Sequence record: PX974237.1
Source of the DNA: a phage
DNA length: 44,742 nucleotides
Reading direction: 5' to 3' (one strand)
Shown: positions 42,731 to 44,742 of the stretch, piece by piece
Position numbering within the stretch: position 1 is the first letter of the stretch
Layout of the letters: every line of letters begins with the position of its first letter
Notes under the pieces: model-generated
Told to the model about the DNA's origin: nothing
What the model saw: only the letters and a program-made list of their open reading frames with translations
Database searches by the model: none
Made by a program: the position numbers and the translations under genes

Positions 42731-44742
42731 AGCGCTTCATCTCCGCACCTTCCGCCACAAGAGGGAACCCATCCGCCCATTCCGGCAATTCGCACATCAA
42801 CCGCTCAAGCTCTGCTACATTGTATTCCGGTGAATCTGGTGTCTCGCAGATAATCTCATCGTGTACGTGAAGTACAATCGGGTAGCCGTTTGCTTCTACG
42901 TTCAGCAGGGCGTTAGCCAGCAAATCACGGCACAGCGCCTGAGTACAGTTTTCCACTAGTTTACCAGAGTAGGTGTACTGGAAACCCCACTGCCTGGTTA
43001 ACTGGTTTTCGCCCTGGTACTTTATGCGCACGTTAGTAGACACCTTCCCGTCTTCGTCTGTCTCTTTTGACACGCTCAACCCGACGCCCGGGTATGACAT
43101 AACGCGACCCGACGGCAACGTCATGCGCAACCACCAACCAGCGACTTTGTTGCCGTTGTTGTCCGTTTCTACGTTACGCGAAAACTTAACCCCGCGAGGG
43201 CCAGCGGTGAACTCTTTCCCCGGATTACGGATTGCTGCCATAGCTGCGTCTTCAATATCACGCCAGAAAGCTACTGTTTCCGGGTGGGACTCCCGCCACA
43301 TACGCTTAATTGCGTCGCATGTACGCCAGACTTTCTTATCAAGAATATATGATGGTCGGTCATCCTTTTCACCCGGACGCGGTGGTCGCTTGGCTTCCTG
43401 AATACGCGCCCACTCGTACCCGCGCGCGGTAGCGGCCCAGATGTGGTCAGGGAAAGTCCCATCCATTGTTTTTGCCATATCTACAAGGTCAAGGCCGAGG
43501 TTCTTGGCGAACTGAACGAAAGCACCGACACCGCCCGCGTATCCGAGGCCCAATTCGCAGGCTTTACCAATTTGGCGTAAGTCTTTACGTTCTTTCTTAA
43601 TGTAATCCGGCTCCATGCCAAACATCTTACCTGCTGTTACGCAGTAAATATCCAGTCCGGCGCGGAACGTATCTAGCGCGGTTTCTTCGCCTGCCAGCCA
43701 CGCAAGACCGCGGCCTTCGACGTTAGAGTAATCGGCGACGACAAACTTATGCCCAGCTTCCGGTATAATGCAGCTACGAACGGTAGATGCCGTCAGCTTG
43801 GCTACGTCAAATCGGCGGTGCGCCCGGCCCTTAAGTAACGCTGAAATGCCTTTATCCAGTTCATCATCGTGATAGTACCCACGCGCCAGGTTCTGTGGCT
43901 GGAAGCCTTTACCCGCGAACCGTAACGTACGCTTTGCCCCACCGTACTGGATACAACCGCGGCGTCGGTCGTCAGACGAGCGGCCCAACAGCAGCGGGTT
44001 ATATTTCGTGGACGCGGTGGACGCCGCCCCGAGGCGCATTTCGATAATCATCCGGGCGTCGTCCGGTAAATCATCATCTGCCAACAGGTCGTTAAGCGTC
44101 GACTTCTGTGCATTGTGTATGCGGTGCGCGGGCGCAAGTTCACGCAGAATCGGAAGGAAGTCTTTACCGGTAAGCGAGCCGCCGTATTTACGTTGAGCTT
44201 CTTCCTGTAACTGTGCCTTGTGCTTCTCTACGGCTTCAATCGCGGCTTCCGCCAGTGCGACGTCAACCTTAAATCCGCGGTCGTTGATTAACTGGTCAAG
44301 TTCCAGTACACGGTCTTCGAACTCTGAGTTACCCCAACGCGGCAGCTTATGGAAGACTTCACGCATCGCAGTGATGTCGCTCACGGCGTACCTGATGAAC
44401 ATCGCCCACTCATCAGGGTGAGTTTCTGCGGTGTAGCGGCGGATTTTGTAGTTCTTCGGCGTCGGTTTAGAGAAACGCTTAATCAGAGCCTTGCCGCGTT
44501 TATCTTTCGCGTTGTCTGCAGACACGCCCAGCACTTCGCACAGCGCATCAAGAGAACCCGGCAGCGCGTGACGGAACGCCCAAATCATAGTATCAATGGT
44601 GTTACTTACCGGAATATCAAAGTCCCAGCAGTGTTTCATGATTAGGCGATCGAAAAGTCCACCGTTGTGCCACACCATCTTGATGCGGCTGTTGGGCTTA
44701 ACAAGGCGGCGCAGTGCGCGGTGTAAATCCCCCGGCATGTCG
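42720..44742 (-). CDS. DNA polymerase family A (T7-like), polymerase domain; continues into 1..285
   Basis: Motif A DYSNVEGR, motif B KACELGLGYAGG, motif C HVHDE; N-terminus lies across the window origin. Confidence 0.85.
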   Translation of the reverse strand, partial: DMPGDLHRALRRLVKPNSRIKMVWHNGGLFDRLIMKHCWDFDIPVSNTIDTMIWAFRHALPGSLDALCEVLGVSADNAKDKRGKALIKRFSKPTPKNYKIRRYTAETHPDEWAMFIRYAVSDITAMREVFHKLPRWGNSEFEDRVLELDQLINDRGFKVDVALAEAAIEAVEKHKAQLQEEAQRKYGGSLTGKDFLPILRELAPAHRIHNAQKSTLNDLLADDDLPDDARMIIEMRLGAASTASTKYNPLLLGRSSDDRRRGCIQYGGAKRTLRFAGKGFQPQNLARGYYHDDELDKGISALLKGRAHRRFDVAKLTASTVRSCIIPEAGHKFVVADYSNVEGRGLAWLAGEETALDTFRAGLDIYCVTAGKMFGMEPDYIKKERKDLRQIGKACELGLGYAGGVGAFVQFAKNLGLDLVDMAKTMDGTFPDHIWAATARGYEWARIQEAKRPPRPGEKDDRPSYILDKKVWRTCDAIKRMWRESHPETVAFWRDIEDAAMAAIRNPGKEFTAGPRGVKFSRNVETDNNGNKVAGWWLRMTLPSGRVMSYPGVGLSVSKETDEDGKVSTNVRIKYQGENQLTRQWGFQYTYSGKLVENCTQALCRDLLANALLNVEANGYPIVLHVHDEIICETPDSPEYNVAELERLMCELPEWADGFPLVAEGAEMKRYAK
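44616..44742. repeat. Terminal overlap copy (identical to 1-127)
   Basis: Exact identity with window start. Confidence 0.9.

Overview
The window is a complete tailed-phage genome of about 44.6 kb, assembled as a circle: bases 1-127 are identical to 44616-44742, so the family-A DNA polymerase gene is split across the window ends. No integrase or lysogeny module was seen, so it looks virulent; the lambda-like tail-tip gene order suggests a siphovirus. All functional calls below come from motif recognition by eye on the supplied translations; no database search or folding was run, and coordinates of promoters and hairpins are approximate. Layout: (1) a minus-strand replication and recombination module (40066..44742 plus 1..6421) with PolA, VRR-NUC nuclease, SNF2-type helicase, Toprim protein, primase-helicase, DUF2800-like exonuclease, gp2.5-like SSB and an HNH-AP2 endonuclease; (2) a divergent regulatory region at about 7086-7566 with a small HTH gene, strong promoters and an ORF-less transcribed segment; (3) a plus-strand early region (7567-12644) of about 25 small overlapping genes that includes holin and endolysin; (4) packaging and head genes (12864-22349); (5) neck and tail tube genes (23158-26620); (6) a terminator-insulated minus-strand cassette (26649-29117) encoding an Imm-like membrane protein, an HTH-metallophosphoesterase, a PNK-type HAD phosphatase and a P-loop kinase, driven by a promoter almost identical to the early promoter; (7) tail chaperones, tape measure, a lambda-like M/L/K/J tip module and a beta-helix tailspike (29225-39903). 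The late region is interrupted by self-contained inserts: three HNH or AP2 endonuclease genes, a KilA-N gene with a palindromic operator, and a membrane-peptide plus lipoprotein pair. The most likely candidate for a new system is the minus-strand phosphatase/kinase cassette, followed by the lipoprotein pair and two ORF-less promoter-to-terminator segments.
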